Source of the DNA: Candidatus Bathyarchaeia archaeon
GTDB taxonomy: Archaea; Thermoproteota; CALKCG01; B24; JAGTQN01
Direction of reading: 5' to 3'
DNA: 64,000 bases
NCBI GenBank assembly: GCA_038850515.1
Contig: JAWCLV010000003.1
Location: 1,620-65,619, forward strand
This document shows, in pieces, positions 46,182 through 57,031 of the stretch. The position numbers and the translations under genes were made by a program. The notes under the pieces were generated by a model. It did not search any database. It was not told the DNA's origin and worked only from the letters and a program-made list of their open reading frames with translations. Position 1 is the stretch's first letter; every line of letters starts with the position of its first letter.

Positions 46182-47276
46182 TTGACCCCTAGGGAACGAA
46201 TGCTCGCAGTCTTTAAGGGGCTTAAGGTCGATAGGATCCTTTGGCAGCCAAGGCTCCATCATTGGTATGATGTGAACAAGAAACTCGGAACCCTTCCAAG
46301 CCGGTATAGGAATGCGAGTATCATCGAGATCTACGATGACCTAAGGGCAACCCCCCGATCCTACCATTTTTTCAATCCATGTATCCGAACCCTTCAAGGA
46401 GGAAAGGTCGAAGTCGAAACCTGGGAAGACGAGATGACGATCAGGAGAAAGTATAGAACGCCTAAAGGAGTTCTAAGAGAATCCATAAGGAAGACGGAGT
46501 ATGGGACTGCTACCTATCACATCGAATATCCTGTGAAGAGCATCGAAGACCTTCGGGTTCTAGCCTACATAGTCGAAGGCCAGGAGTTCGAATTCGATAA
46601 AGAAGCCTATCTTAGGGCGATGGAAGAGGTTGGCGAAAGGGCTGAGTCCATCGTAGGGGTCCCCCATCTACCCATCATGAGGCTTATCGTAAGCTATATG
46701 GGCTTCGGGGCGACGGTAAAGGCCCTTTGGAAGCATCCTAGGGAGGTTGAGGACTTTCTTAGCCTCCTCGATGCATCGGATGATCGGCGATTCAAGGTGA
46801 TAAAGGAATCTCCTATAAGGATCGTAAACTTTGGCGATAATATTCATCATGACCTCGTTTCCCCACCTTGGTTCAGGAAATACGTTCTACCTTACTACCA
46901 GCGTAGGACCAAGGAGCTCCACGAAGCTGGAAAGTTCTGTACTTCCCATTGGGACGGTAATGTTGGGAAGGTCCTTCCCTTCGTTCGCCAGACGGGTTTG
47001 GATGGTATCGAATGCCTAACACCAAAGCCCCAAGGAGATGTTACCCTTGAGGAGATTAAGGAAGCCCTCGGAGACAAGATCCTCATCGATGGGCTTCCCG
47101 CCACCCACTTCCTACCTAGCGTTTCGAGGGAGGAACTTAGAACCTTCGTCGAGAAGGTCCTAAAGATGTTTTACCCGCACCTCATACTTGGCATATCGGA
47201 TATGCTTCCGCCAGGAGGGGATATCGAGAAGGTGCGCTTCGTTTCGGAGCTCGTGGAAGCCTTTGAACCTCCTTAA
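46182..47276 (+). CDS. URO-D superfamily protein (paralogue 2 of 3; methyltransferase-like or decarboxylase-like)
   Basis: TPRERMLAVFKGLKVDRILW...SPPWFRKYVLPYYQRRTKELHEAGKFCTSHWDGNVGKVLPFVRQTGLDGIE. Confidence 0.6.
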   Translation: MTPRERMLAVFKGLKVDRILWQPRLHHWYDVNKKLGTLPSRYRNASIIEIYDDLRATPRSYHFFNPCIRTLQGGKVEVETWEDEMTIRRKYRTPKGVLRESIRKTEYGTATYHIEYPVKSIEDLRVLAYIVEGQEFEFDKEAYLRAMEEVGERAESIVGVPHLPIMRLIVSYMGFGATVKALWKHPREVEDFLSLLDASDDRRFKVIKESPIRIVNFGDNIHHDLVSPPWFRKYVLPYYQRRTKELHEAGKFCTSHWDGNVGKVLPFVRQTGLDGIECLTPKPQGDVTLEEIKEALGDKILIDGLPATHFLPSVSREELRTFVEKVLKMFYPHLILGISDMLPPGGDIEKVRFVSELVEAFEPP

Positions 47277-47387
47277 GCCCATCATTGAAGGCTGGAAATA
47301 CTTTATCCTATAGCCTTTTTCTTATTATTTTCTTACCTTATTCTTTCCTAGCCAAGAGCTTCCCCAAGCTTCAAAGGTGCTCTTCCT

Positions 47388-48455
47388 ATGAATCCCAAGG
47401 AAAATTTTCTCAGGGCTGCTGAGTTCCGAGGACCCGAATGGATTCCATGCTCCGTCTCCCTATCCCCTCCTATCTGGCATATCTATCGAGAAAAACTGGA
47501 GGAAGTGATCCTAAGGCATCCATCGATCTTCGGGAACTATAGAAAAGGAAGCGTCAATTTTGATGACTTTGGAATCCGACGTCGAGGAAATATCGTAGAG
47601 GATGAATGGGGATGCCTCTGGAGCTTTCCCATCGATGGGCTCCAAGGACAGGTAATAAGGCATCCTTTAAGCGATTGGAGGGCTTTGGAATCCTATCAGC
47701 CCAAGGATCCTATAGCCTTGAATGCCCTTCCTGCTGAGGGCTATCCCTTGGTTCCCGGCAGCTTCGAAGCGTCTAGGAAAGCCTTAGAGGAGGCTAAGGC
47801 TTCGGGAAGGCTGGCCGTGGGTTCCTGCCCCCATGGCTTCGTTTTCCAAAGGCTCTACTACCTCCGCGGCTTTGAGAACCTTATGAAGGATCTTATCCTA
47901 GAGCCCCCAGAGCTTAGAAGGCTTTTAGGCATCATACTTCGATACAATCTAGCCCTTGTCCAGAGATGGCTTAACCTTGGAGTCGATGCGATCTTCTTTG
48001 GCGACGATCTTGGAGCCCAAGACAGGTTGACCGTTAGCCCCCAGACCTTTCGCAAATGGATCTTACCTGTCTATGAGGCGCTCTTTAGACCTGTGAGGGA
48101 AGCCGGAGCCCATGTCCACCTCCACAGTGATGGGCATGTCCTCGAGGTTGCGGAGGACCTTGTTAAAGCCTTTGTGACGATCCTCAACATCCAAGACCTT
48201 GTGAACGGCATCGAGGCCATCGGAAGGCTTCTGAAGGGAAAGATATGCGTAGACCTGGACATCGATAGGCAGAGGATCCTCCCCTTCGGAAGACCGGAGG
48301 AGGTTAGGCGGCACATATCGAAGGTTGTTTCAGAATTGAACTCCAAGGATGGGGGGCTCATGCTAACCATAGGTATCTATCCCCCGACTCCCCTCGAAAA
48401 CATCGAGGCCCTATGCGAGGCCCTTGAAGCCTCGGGGGCAGGAATAAAGTACTAA
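47388..48455 (+). CDS. URO-D superfamily protein (paralogue 3 of 3)
   Basis: NPKENFLRAAEFRGPEWIP...SPQTFRKWILPVYEALFRPVREAGAHVHLHSDGHVLEVAEDLVKAFV. Confidence 0.6.
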   Translation: MNPKENFLRAAEFRGPEWIPCSVSLSPPIWHIYREKLEEVILRHPSIFGNYRKGSVNFDDFGIRRRGNIVEDEWGCLWSFPIDGLQGQVIRHPLSDWRALESYQPKDPIALNALPAEGYPLVPGSFEASRKALEEAKASGRLAVGSCPHGFVFQRLYYLRGFENLMKDLILEPPELRRLLGIILRYNLALVQRWLNLGVDAIFFGDDLGAQDRLTVSPQTFRKWILPVYEALFRPVREAGAHVHLHSDGHVLEVAEDLVKAFVTILNIQDLVNGIEAIGRLLKGKICVDLDIDRQRILPFGRPEEVRRHISKVVSELNSKDGGLMLTIGIYPPTPLENIEALCEALEASGAGIKY

Positions 48456-48496
48456 TGCCTCGATGCATTTTCTAGGCTGTCTTACGGCGAATTAGC

Positions 48497-49306
48497 ATGG
48501 AAGCGATAGTTGAATTCTCCGATGTCTGGAAGGCCTACGACGGGACTCAAGCCCTTCAAGGACTATGGCTAGAGGTTCGAAGGGGGGAGATCTTTGGACT
48601 CATAGGTCCTAACGGCGCCGGAAAGACAACAGCTTTGAAGATAATCGTAGGGCTTTTGAAGATGGATAAGGGCTTCGTGAGGGTTAATGGCTACGATATA
48701 ACGGCGGAGCCCTATGAATACAAGCGCTTCATAGGCTATGTCCCCGAAGCCATCTCGCTTCCCGAATACTTGACGGTTGAGGAGTTCCTCATATACTCTG
48801 GAATGATAAGGGGTGTTGAAAAGGAGAAGATCCAGAGGCGTATCCAAGAGTATCTTCGGATCTTCAACCTAGAGGATAAGAGGAGATCCTTGATTCTAAC
48901 CCTATCCAGAGGCATGAGGCAGAAAACCGCCATAGCTTCGGCCCTCATCCATGATCCAGACCTTCTCATCCTAGATGAGCCCTTCATAGGAATCGACCCT
49001 GAGGGGCAGCATAGGATCAAGGAACTCTTTGTGGAGAGGGTGAAGGAAGGGAGGGCCGTCTTCGTATCGACCCATATGCTCGATACGGCCGAGAGGCTCT
49101 GCGATAGGATTTCCGTCATCCATAGGGGCAGGAACGTTGCTTCAGGAGATATGGAGAGTCTTCGAAGGCTTTCAGAGAGGGGGGAAGGGGCTACCTTGGA
49201 GGAGGTCTTCCTTAAGCTGACGGAAGAAGCCTCCAAGCCTTACGAGGAGGAGCCTTCCGTTAAAAGAAGATCAAGATTCTCATGGCTCTTAAGGAGGGGA
49301 GCTTGA
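48497..49306 (+). CDS. ABC transporter ATP-binding protein (ABC-2/exporter type)
   Basis: Walker A GPNGAGKTT, signature LSRGMRQKTAIASAL, Walker B LLILDEPFIGIDP. Confidence 0.9.
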   Translation: MEAIVEFSDVWKAYDGTQALQGLWLEVRRGEIFGLIGPNGAGKTTALKIIVGLLKMDKGFVRVNGYDITAEPYEYKRFIGYVPEAISLPEYLTVEEFLIYSGMIRGVEKEKIQRRIQEYLRIFNLEDKRRSLILTLSRGMRQKTAIASALIHDPDLLILDEPFIGIDPEGQHRIKELFVERVKEGRAVFVSTHMLDTAERLCDRISVIHRGRNVASGDMESLRRLSERGEGATLEEVFLKLTEEASKPYEEEPSVKRRSRFSWLLRRGA

Positions 49307-49310
49307 TCCC

Positions 49311-50864
49311 ATGGGACTCCTCCTCGACCTTTATAGGATAAAGGTTAAGCTCTTCCTAGGAGCCTTCAGGGCTTCAAAGCTAAGCCTTCTTCTTCTTTTT
49401 CTATACACCTTAGGCTTCCTCCCAGGAACCATAGGAATGTCAACCCTTTTGGCGGCTTCCATAAAGGAAGGCATGGACCTTATGGTTTATGTGAACCCCC
49501 TCTCAACCGTAATAAGCGCCCTATTAGCCCTCATCCTCCTCTCCACCTTCAGGGGCTATGTATGCTTCGAGTATGAGCAAAGCTTCATCTTCACATCACC
49601 CATAACCCCAAGGCTTTTCTTAGCCGCTAGCCTACTATCAGACCTTACCATCCTTTCGCCCTTTCTCTCCCCCCTTTTCCTTATGCTTGGCATCATATCG
49701 GTCTCCTTAAGCCTATCGCCCTTTACGATCCTTTCCATGGTTTTTTGCCTTCTTCTCTTCGCCTTTTTCATCCAGTTCCTTAAAGCGTCCCTTTCGATCT
49801 TTTTATCGGCTTACAAGGGTCTTGGACCGAGGATCCTTACGATCCTTCTGATGGCGATCCTCCTCCTTCCGGCCTTAGGAGCCATAAATCGCCTTCCTTC
49901 GACATTGAGCTACAGGGAACTCCCTTATCCTTCGACGGCCATGGCCTTAGTTATCATCGACTTCATCTATGATAGGGTTCCCCAAACCTATTCCCTTATC
50001 CTCCTCCTTTCCTATTTCTTCGCCTCCCTAGCTCTTTTCTTATTCTCCTCCCAGAAGAACCTCTTCCAGCTTGCCAGAATCGTTCCCTTTGTTTCCCCCT
50101 TCGATACCTCCATGAGGGTCCAGGAGATAAAGATGGGGAAGAACATAGCCTTCTTCTCAAGGATAGGTTTGGGGCTTACTCTTGATCTTCGATCCCGGAA
50201 CCTTCTAAGGTTTCTCATGAAGAAAGAACTCATTCGCATGGTTAGGGATGGAAGCCTCTTCGCAGTCTTTTTCTTCTATGCGATTGTGCTCTTCATCTTC
50301 GCCTTGGGAGGGAGAAGCTCAGGCGATATGCCCATGGAAGTGCCTTCCTTAATGCTTTTGCCCTATACCTTCATCACCCCTCCAATGCTCATCAGCAATT
50401 GGAGGATCGGAGAATTGAATAACCTTTGGATCCCCATGACTACGAGTATGGGTCTCGAATATGTCCTTAAATCCCTCCTTTACGATCTGACTTTGATTAC
50501 GATCGCGGTTCCGACTTTGGTCGTGGGGATTCTCTTCGTCCTTGGTGGGATGGATCCTATACTTCCCTTGGCTTTAGTGGCTTCGAATGCCATGATAGGT
50601 TGCTCAATAAATCTTTACATGACGATAAAGTTCCTGGGAACGAAACGAAGGGCTACGCCGTCCCTCATGATAATCTATGCTGCCATGCTCCTATCAGTCC
50701 TTCTTATGATGCCCCCCTACATTCTTTTTATGGTCAACCTATTTCTTAAGCTAGGATTAGAAATGGAGCTTCTTCTATCCGTTCCTATGATTCTCTATTC
50801 AGCCTACATCTTTCGATACATCTCAAGGAGGATTGGCAAGAAAGTTCTTGAGATCGAGTTATGA
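49311..50864 (+). CDS. Large polytopic membrane protein, presumed permease partner of the upstream ABC ATPase
   Basis: 517 aa made almost entirely of hydrophobic helices. Starts 5 nt after the ATPase stop. No recognised family motif. Confidence 0.6.
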   Translation: MGLLLDLYRIKVKLFLGAFRASKLSLLLLFLYTLGFLPGTIGMSTLLAASIKEGMDLMVYVNPLSTVISALLALILLSTFRGYVCFEYEQSFIFTSPITPRLFLAASLLSDLTILSPFLSPLFLMLGIISVSLSLSPFTILSMVFCLLLFAFFIQFLKASLSIFLSAYKGLGPRILTILLMAILLLPALGAINRLPSTLSYRELPYPSTAMALVIIDFIYDRVPQTYSLILLLSYFFASLALFLFSSQKNLFQLARIVPFVSPFDTSMRVQEIKMGKNIAFFSRIGLGLTLDLRSRNLLRFLMKKELIRMVRDGSLFAVFFFYAIVLFIFALGGRSSGDMPMEVPSLMLLPYTFITPPMLISNWRIGELNNLWIPMTTSMGLEYVLKSLLYDLTLITIAVPTLVVGILFVLGGMDPILPLALVASNAMIGCSINLYMTIKFLGTKRRATPSLMIIYAAMLLSVLLMMPPYILFMVNLFLKLGLEMELLLSVPMILYSAYIFRYISRRIGKKVLEIEL

Positions 50865-51391
50865 TTATTAAGGATATAGGAAACCCCTGGTTAAAGGGCT
50901 GCTATGCAAAAATCCTAGCTTATCGTTTAGCCTTCGATGCATTGACTTTGATATTCTTGTGGTCGAATCGATTCAATCATTCATCATCTTTTGCGGCATA
51001 TCAACTCAACGCCAAACTCGCTGGATGAACGTATATATTTTCTGGTCTTTTTGCCTTGGAAGGCTTCGACTTGGGCTTCCTTCGCTCCGTTAGGCTTGGC
51101 ATGGCAAGGGGTTCAAGCCAAGCCTAGTATTAAAGGCTATAATAGGAAGACTTCTAAGCTGGAAGGGTCTTCGGCTGAGAATATTTGTCAGGCTTTTGCC
51201 AAGATCAAAGCCATGTTTTCCGATCAGGGATAAGCTCAAGCATTTTCGAAGGGTGAATTTAGTTCTCACAAGGCATAGGGTTTCAGAAACAGATTATATA
51301 ATTTGTATTATACAAAGTTTCTTTCCAGATGCCTTTAGGAGTGCGATCCGAGTTGTTGGAATTTCCTTCAAAGCCTCTTAAACGCCTTTTT

Positions 51392-52213
51392 ATGCCAGAG
51401 CTGACGAGCGAAGAGCTGGGAAACCTCCTTCCAGAGATTAAGGCGGCCATCGTTCCTGTAGGAAGCATCGAGTGGCATGGTCCCCACCTTCCCTTAGCCC
51501 TAGATCAGCTGACATCCTTGTACATTTCCCTTAGGGTTTCTGAGAAGATGTATCCGAGGGTCCTCGTAGCGGCCCCAGTATTCTACGGGGTCGTGAGGGA
51601 TCAGATGCGTTACCCAGGAAGCGCCACCATCGAGCCCCATGTTTTCATCGACTTGATGGTGAGCGTATGCCAAAGCCTCCAGGTTCGGGGTATCGATCAT
51701 ATCGTCATACTAAACGGCCATGGAAGCAATAGGCCTGCCGTCCTTGGAGCTGCCGTGAGGGCATCGGGAGAACTCGGAATTAGAGTCGTTCCGGCATGCT
51801 ATTGGGACTTCATACCACCGGAGGAGGGCATCAAGGTTCTTGAAAGCCCATTAAAGGGACCATACGTTCCTGGGGAGCATGGATATCCTGGCTATCCTAT
51901 ACCAGCCCATGGAGGGGAATTCGAAACTTCCATCGCCCTAGCCCTGTTTCCCGAACTCGTTCGCAGGGATAGGATGAAGGATTACAGGGATCCTGGAACC
52001 ATTTTCTCTACGGCTGAGAAGGGCGAAAGGTTGGTCGAGCTTGCCGTTGAAGGGATAAGGGCATGGCTCGAGGAGTTCATAGCCGATAAAGTGAAGGAAG
52101 CCAAGTATGTATACGAGATAGATGGATGGGGGCCAGACCTTCTGGGCGTAAACCTCTGGTACTTCCTTACGAGGCGATGTAGGGAGTTCATAGAAGGGCA
52201 TAAGATAGGATAG
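51392..52213 (+). CDS. Creatininase-family amidohydrolase (creatinine amidohydrolase / ArfB-like deformylase family)
   Basis: AAIVPVGSIEWHGPHLPLALDQL, ILNGHGSN, GEHGYPG...HGGEFETS. The ATG at 51392 is preferred over the track start at 51329. Confidence 0.8.
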   Translation: MPELTSEELGNLLPEIKAAIVPVGSIEWHGPHLPLALDQLTSLYISLRVSEKMYPRVLVAAPVFYGVVRDQMRYPGSATIEPHVFIDLMVSVCQSLQVRGIDHIVILNGHGSNRPAVLGAAVRASGELGIRVVPACYWDFIPPEEGIKVLESPLKGPYVPGEHGYPGYPIPAHGGEFETSIALALFPELVRRDRMKDYRDPGTIFSTAEKGERLVELAVEGIRAWLEEFIADKVKEAKYVYEIDGWGPDLLGVNLWYFLTRRCREFIEGHKIG

Positions 52214-52645
52214 GTTAGATAGGATTAGATAAGGCATCCAGAAGAAAGGGGAATCCATAAAGTCCCTAAGGGCGATTACTCGTATCGAAAGAGATGCCGT
52301 ACTCTATGGATGTTTGGGCGGCTTAGCCTTGCCACCTTTTTCATAGGAAGGGCTTCTGGCTTTGTGGCGCCTATCCTATGCTTTGTAGGACCTCATCGTG
52401 AAAGGATCTGAATTCATTGATCGCAAGATATCGAAATGTATGAAGGGGGGCGAAACATTTTCGTGGCTTAGCTTGGCGTGCAGTGTAGTTATAAGATAAG
52501 TTATAAGGCATACTCCCTCGGCCTCGTTTGTGCGGTATAACAACACAGCAGATGCGAAGGTAATCCTGAATAAAGTTGCACTAAGATTAAATGTAGCGTC
52601 AATATTGTTAGGTAATAATTTAATCCAAAGAAGAGGCGTTAGATA

Positions 52646-54466
52646 GTGATGAAGGATGAAATAATTATAGTTTTAGAGGGCGAGGCAAAGGCGATCATAG
52701 TAGCACCGAAAGAGGGGCCTCTAGCCTATGCCGCGAGCCAGTTGCAGCTTTACATAGAACGGATTAGCGGGGCAAGGTTAGCCATCCTTTCCGAGGAGCG
52801 AACGGAAGAAAGGACCCGAATCGTCCTCCGTTTGAGGGAGGGCGTTGCAAAACATGACGGTTACGTCCTTAGGGCTGAAGGCGATCGGGTGATGATAGAA
52901 GCCTCAGAACCGAGGGGATGCATCTACGGAGCTTATGGATTGCTGGAGGAGCTGGGTTGCCGATTCTATGGACCTGAGCCCCTAGGCATCATCCTTCCGA
53001 GGCGTAAAACCCTGAAGTTGCCATCCAATCTGAAAATTCTCCGCGAACCAGCCTTTGCCAATCGCATACCCTCTGGAGGGAGTCCTGAAGAGCAAGTACG
53101 GTGGGGCTTCAATTTCATAGGAATACGTCCAACACCAGAGCATGAAGAATTAGCCAGGAAGCTAGGAGTTAAGCAATATAGCTGGGGGCACATTTGGCCA
53201 AGGTTGATTTCCATGCAGTATTTTGCCGATGGTCGCCATCCAGAGAAGATGGATTATGAGGGGCGCGAGGACTGGCTCCCGGTCGATGAATATGGGGTTA
53301 GACGTTATAATCCGGCAAGCTATCGCCCTTGGGATGGGGGGCAATCCCTTTGTTTCTCAAACCGAGAAGCCTTTGAATGGTTTACGGACAACGCCGTGAA
53401 CTGGATCCTCTCCGAATGCCGGAATGCGGATTATGTAAGCCTATGGTCAGCGGATACGAGGGAACTGGCTCTATGCCGCTGTCCTCGTTGTAGGTCACAA
53501 TATTCCACGAGTGGATACATGTATCCTACAGACTGGTACCTTCATGTTCATAACGCGATAAGGCGTAAACTGAACGAACGTGGCTGGAGGGGGAGCTTCG
53601 GCTGGATCGCCTACCATGGTACTGAGAGCCCACCGGTTTATGTAAACCTCCATGAAGAAGGCCGAAATATGGACTTTCTATACGCGCCCCGTCCAAGGGG
53701 TGGCGGGCAATATGGACCCTTCACCAACGACCATCCCATCAATATTAGGTATCGCCAGAACCTGGAAGGCTGGCTCAGTTATTTGAAGGCTCAGGGATAC
53801 AAGGGATCAAAGACTGTCTTCGAATATTACTTCGACCTCGTCCTATTGGGTAACCTGGCCGCTGGCAGGGCTTTCCTAATCCCTAAGCACGAAACGATGC
53901 AAGAAGACCTTAAGTATTACCATCAGCAGGGCTTCGATGGCTTCTTCGACTGCAACCCTCCCAGTAACACCTATTTCCCAGATCCCCTTTCATGGTGGCT
54001 CTATACCCTTCTCCTATGGGACATAAACCTTGACCTAAAGGCTGCTCGGGAGGATTTCTTCATCAACTATTACGGTCCTGTAGCCGACGATGTGCGGAGA
54101 GTTAGGGAGGCTGTCGAGGACCTGATGTTCCAAGGACCTTCGCAAGAGATAATCGATGAACTCAGAAGCCTGAAAGCCCGATGTGAGGCTATCCTATCCA
54201 AAGTTGTTAATGATGATGCCCTAGCCAAGCGTGTCGAAGGTATGCGATTATGGGTTCATTACTGCGCTTTATGCAAGGAAAGCGAGTTCCATGAGAAGGT
54301 TACGATGGATAAAGAGAAAGGAAAGGCTGTCGAACGGGAGATACGGAAATGGCTTAACGATAACAAAGAATTCCTTGTAAGCCATCGATTCATGAGTGCG
54401 CAAGACTTGGCTTACATAGCTGGCCCTGTCGTGGAACGCCATCTAAGGCTCTTCGAGCTCCTCTAA
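52646..54466 (+). CDS. DUF4838 domain protein (glycoside-hydrolase-like)
   Basis: N-terminus AKAIIVAPKEGPLAYAASQLQLYIERISGARLAI...DGYVLRAEGDRVMIEASEPRGCIYGAYGLLEELGCRFYGP, which is the characteristic DUF4838 N-terminal module. Confidence 0.65.
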   Translation: MMKDEIIIVLEGEAKAIIVAPKEGPLAYAASQLQLYIERISGARLAILSEERTEERTRIVLRLREGVAKHDGYVLRAEGDRVMIEASEPRGCIYGAYGLLEELGCRFYGPEPLGIILPRRKTLKLPSNLKILREPAFANRIPSGGSPEEQVRWGFNFIGIRPTPEHEELARKLGVKQYSWGHIWPRLISMQYFADGRHPEKMDYEGREDWLPVDEYGVRRYNPASYRPWDGGQSLCFSNREAFEWFTDNAVNWILSECRNADYVSLWSADTRELALCRCPRCRSQYSTSGYMYPTDWYLHVHNAIRRKLNERGWRGSFGWIAYHGTESPPVYVNLHEEGRNMDFLYAPRPRGGGQYGPFTNDHPINIRYRQNLEGWLSYLKAQGYKGSKTVFEYYFDLVLLGNLAAGRAFLIPKHETMQEDLKYYHQQGFDGFFDCNPPSNTYFPDPLSWWLYTLLLWDINLDLKAAREDFFINYYGPVADDVRRVREAVEDLMFQGPSQEIIDELRSLKARCEAILSKVVNDDALAKRVEGMRLWVHYCALCKESEFHEKVTMDKEKGKAVEREIRKWLNDNKEFLVSHRFMSAQDLAYIAGPVVERHLRLFELL

Positions 54467-54585
54467 AGAAGGCGATGGGGCAAAGGAAGGAATCTTTTCC
54501 TCGCATCGATAATGGAATAGGGATTCGCTTCTAGGAGCTGATTAGCTTTGATTAGGTTTAGATTTATTGAATGGACTAGGCTAGG

Positions 54586-55590
54586 CTATGGCAATGATAT
54601 GACCTTTTTCTCGAGGGCCGCCTCGTTAGCCGCCAGAGTAACCTGAAGGGTTTTTAGGCCATCCTTGAATGGCGATCGTATGCCAGACTCGTCCCCCTTA
54701 GCGATGGCATTCAAGAATACCTTCGCCTCTTCAAAATAGGGATCGAGGGAGGGCCTGAACTCCCTGACCTCCGAGTCCGTATAGAGCTTTACATAGCCCC
54801 TATGACAGCCATGCTCCACCACAACATCCTTAGAGAAAATTCTCAGCTCCGTATAAGAAAGGGTCCTTTTGCTGGCGCAAGTGTTCACTATGACACCGAT
54901 GGCTCCGTTTTTGAAGCGCAGGGTCGTTATGGCTATGTCCTCCACATTCATTTCTGGTACCCAGGTCACGATGCGTCTGTCCATCTCGGTGTAGACACGC
55001 TCCACATCCCCAGCGAAGTACCTGGCCAAATCGAAAACATGGGTTGCCTGCTCCACAACTTGGCCACCTCCCTTTTCCTTTCTAAGCCACCAATGTCCAG
55101 AGGGAAACCAGAAGGGATCGACGTAATGTCCTTCAAGGAAGCCCATGGAACCGTTCCCTTCGATGGCTTCCTTCGCCCTATCCGTCGTATCGTAATAACG
55201 CCACATGTAGCCTACGGAATTGATGATTCCAGCCTTGGCTATGGCCTTTTCGATCGCCGAAGCCACTTGGAGGTTTAGGGCTACGGGCTTCTCGACGAAA
55301 AGGTTGATGCCCTTCTCAACGAACTCCACTTCAAAGCCCCTAGCGAAAGGAGGGACGCATACGAAGATGGCATCAAGCTTCTCATTAGAAAGCATATCCC
55401 TGTAGTCCCCATAGGCTCTTCCACCATATCTATCGGCAGAAGCCTTAGCTCTAGGATAGTCTATGTCGCAGAAGGCGACCATCTTGGCTTCAGGTATTTT
55501 GGCGATGCTTGACATATGCCTATTCGCTATTCCCCCACATCCAATAATGCCCACATTAATGGACAATGATGCCACCATTGGAAATAGCAT
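54586..55590 (-). CDS. Gfo/Idh/MocA-family NAD(P)-dependent oxidoreductase
   Basis: INVGIIGCGGIANRHM Rossmann motif, the EKP motif (LFVEKPVAL), and a C-terminal alpha/beta domain. Confidence 0.85.
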   Translation of the reverse strand: MLFPMVASLSINVGIIGCGGIANRHMSSIAKIPEAKMVAFCDIDYPRAKASADRYGGRAYGDYRDMLSNEKLDAIFVCVPPFARGFEVEFVEKGINLFVEKPVALNLQVASAIEKAIAKAGIINSVGYMWRYYDTTDRAKEAIEGNGSMGFLEGHYVDPFWFPSGHWWLRKEKGGGQVVEQATHVFDLARYFAGDVERVYTEMDRRIVTWVPEMNVEDIAITTLRFKNGAIGVIVNTCASKRTLSYTELRIFSKDVVVEHGCHRGYVKLYTDSEVREFRPSLDPYFEEAKVFLNAIAKGDESGIRSPFKDGLKTLQVTLAANEAALEKKVISLP

Positions 55591-56039
55591 CCTATGAATT
55601 CTTAAGCTTATCTATGATTCCAGGGGCATCATAAAGGGCTTAAGGAATTTGGAGCATGAGAAAAAGCCTTCTATAAGTAGAGTTTCTCCAGAAGGCTCGT
55701 TGCATTTATATAGCGATTCACGCGATTTTCGATCTGGAAGGAAGATATTGTTAGCAAAGGAAAAGTAGAGTTACCTTTAACAGGCGTAGCAAAAGCTTTA
55801 ATGACTATAACACTGAAAGAATCGACTTTAAGCAAAGATTTTTCATATAGCATAGGCGACATATAAGAAGGCAATGTTCGATATCTTAGAGATAGTGCTC
55901 AGTTCAATACTCTTTTAAATGATTGGGTTATTAAACGTTGTTAAAAAACAATTAGGATTTATCGAACATGCAATATCATGACAAACACAAACAATAACCC
56001 ATGAAGGATGGATGCCCTAAAACTTAGGCTTCCTTTTCC

Positions 56040-56300
56040 TCATGAAGAAGTATTTTTTCTATACTGCCTAAATCCAACCTCCTCATAAACATGGATAGCA
56101 AGACCATTCTCGCTCGATACTGTTACGTTTAGGTATTATGTCATCGCTGACGGCCCTCCTAGGGTTTGCCTTCTATTCCTATATTTTCAAAAAAGGGATC
56201 TAGGGTTTCCTGTAAGCTTCTTCCCCAAATGCCCGGATAGGAGATTTTCGTTCTTAAAAACGCAGGTATTGCGTTCAGAAATTTCAGGTGATTTCTATTA
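56040..56300 (-). pseudogene. Remnants of a GNAT-family N-acetyltransferase gene (multiple frames, stops)
   Basis: My minus-strand translation gives ...VTVSSENGLAIHVYEEVGFRQYRK (N..A..LYE..GF motif) ending at 56040. An upstream out-of-frame piece reads ...FKNENLLSGHLGKKLTG. No intact ORF exists. Confidence 0.35.
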
Positions 56301-56590
56301 AGTTAGGCGAGAGGCGGATGGAACGATTATAACTTAGTCCATTAATTAAAGCATGGAAGCCTTTAATTGCAACTATTCGATGGCTTCCCTTGAGCTGTAA
56401 CGTTCTTAGATTATTTCACTAACCAATTTTGCTCCTTTGACTTAAGAGTTTTCGAGCAGTTTTCCAAACTCTTTTGACCGAAGGTAAAAGGAAAGAGGCC
56501 ATGTCTCACGCCGCTTTGTAGACTCCTCCCCAGCTATCTAAAAAATAGGTGGGCCTGGAAGAATTTTTAGGTATGCTATTTTTAAAAAGC

Positions 56591-57031
56591 TTAATCTAGG
56601 CGCGTGAGGAACTCTTTTTCAGTTAAGGTTTTGATTTCTGCTATTCTCTTGAAATCCGCGTCGTCACTGATTACGGTTGAGCCTTCAAAGTATGCTGCAG
56701 CTGCTATAAACGCATCCGCCACTGGAACGTTATATTTTCCCTTAAACTCTCCTGCCTTGATTGCAACTTCCTCATTTATATTCAGTTTTTTAATATACAC
56801 GGCGTACCTGAGCCCTTCGATCCTTATCCTAGCCAAGTCCGCTCTTTTCTCCTGCAAATACTTGTAATAAATTTCCGTCAGCGTGACTACACTGATCGCC
56901 GCCTCTATTTCCCCGTCCTCTACGCTTGAAAGGATCCTCTGAACGGCTTCCCATCCTTCTTCTTTTGCAAAAAGCTTAATCAAAGGCTTTGTGTCCAAGA
57001 CTATTCTAGGCTTGCTGGACTCGTTTCTCAA
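56591..57031 (-). CDS. vapC: PIN-domain ribonuclease toxin VapC
   Basis: IVLDTKPLIKLF (first acidic residue), VVTLTEIYY, and STVISDDADFKRI (C-terminal acidic pair). Confidence 0.85.
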   Translation of the reverse strand: MRNESSKPRIVLDTKPLIKLFAKEEGWEAVQRILSSVEDGEIEAAISVVTLTEIYYKYLQEKRADLARIRIEGLRYAVYIKKLNINEEVAIKAGEFKGKYNVPVADAFIAAAAYFEGSTVISDDADFKRIAEIKTLTEKEFLTRLD

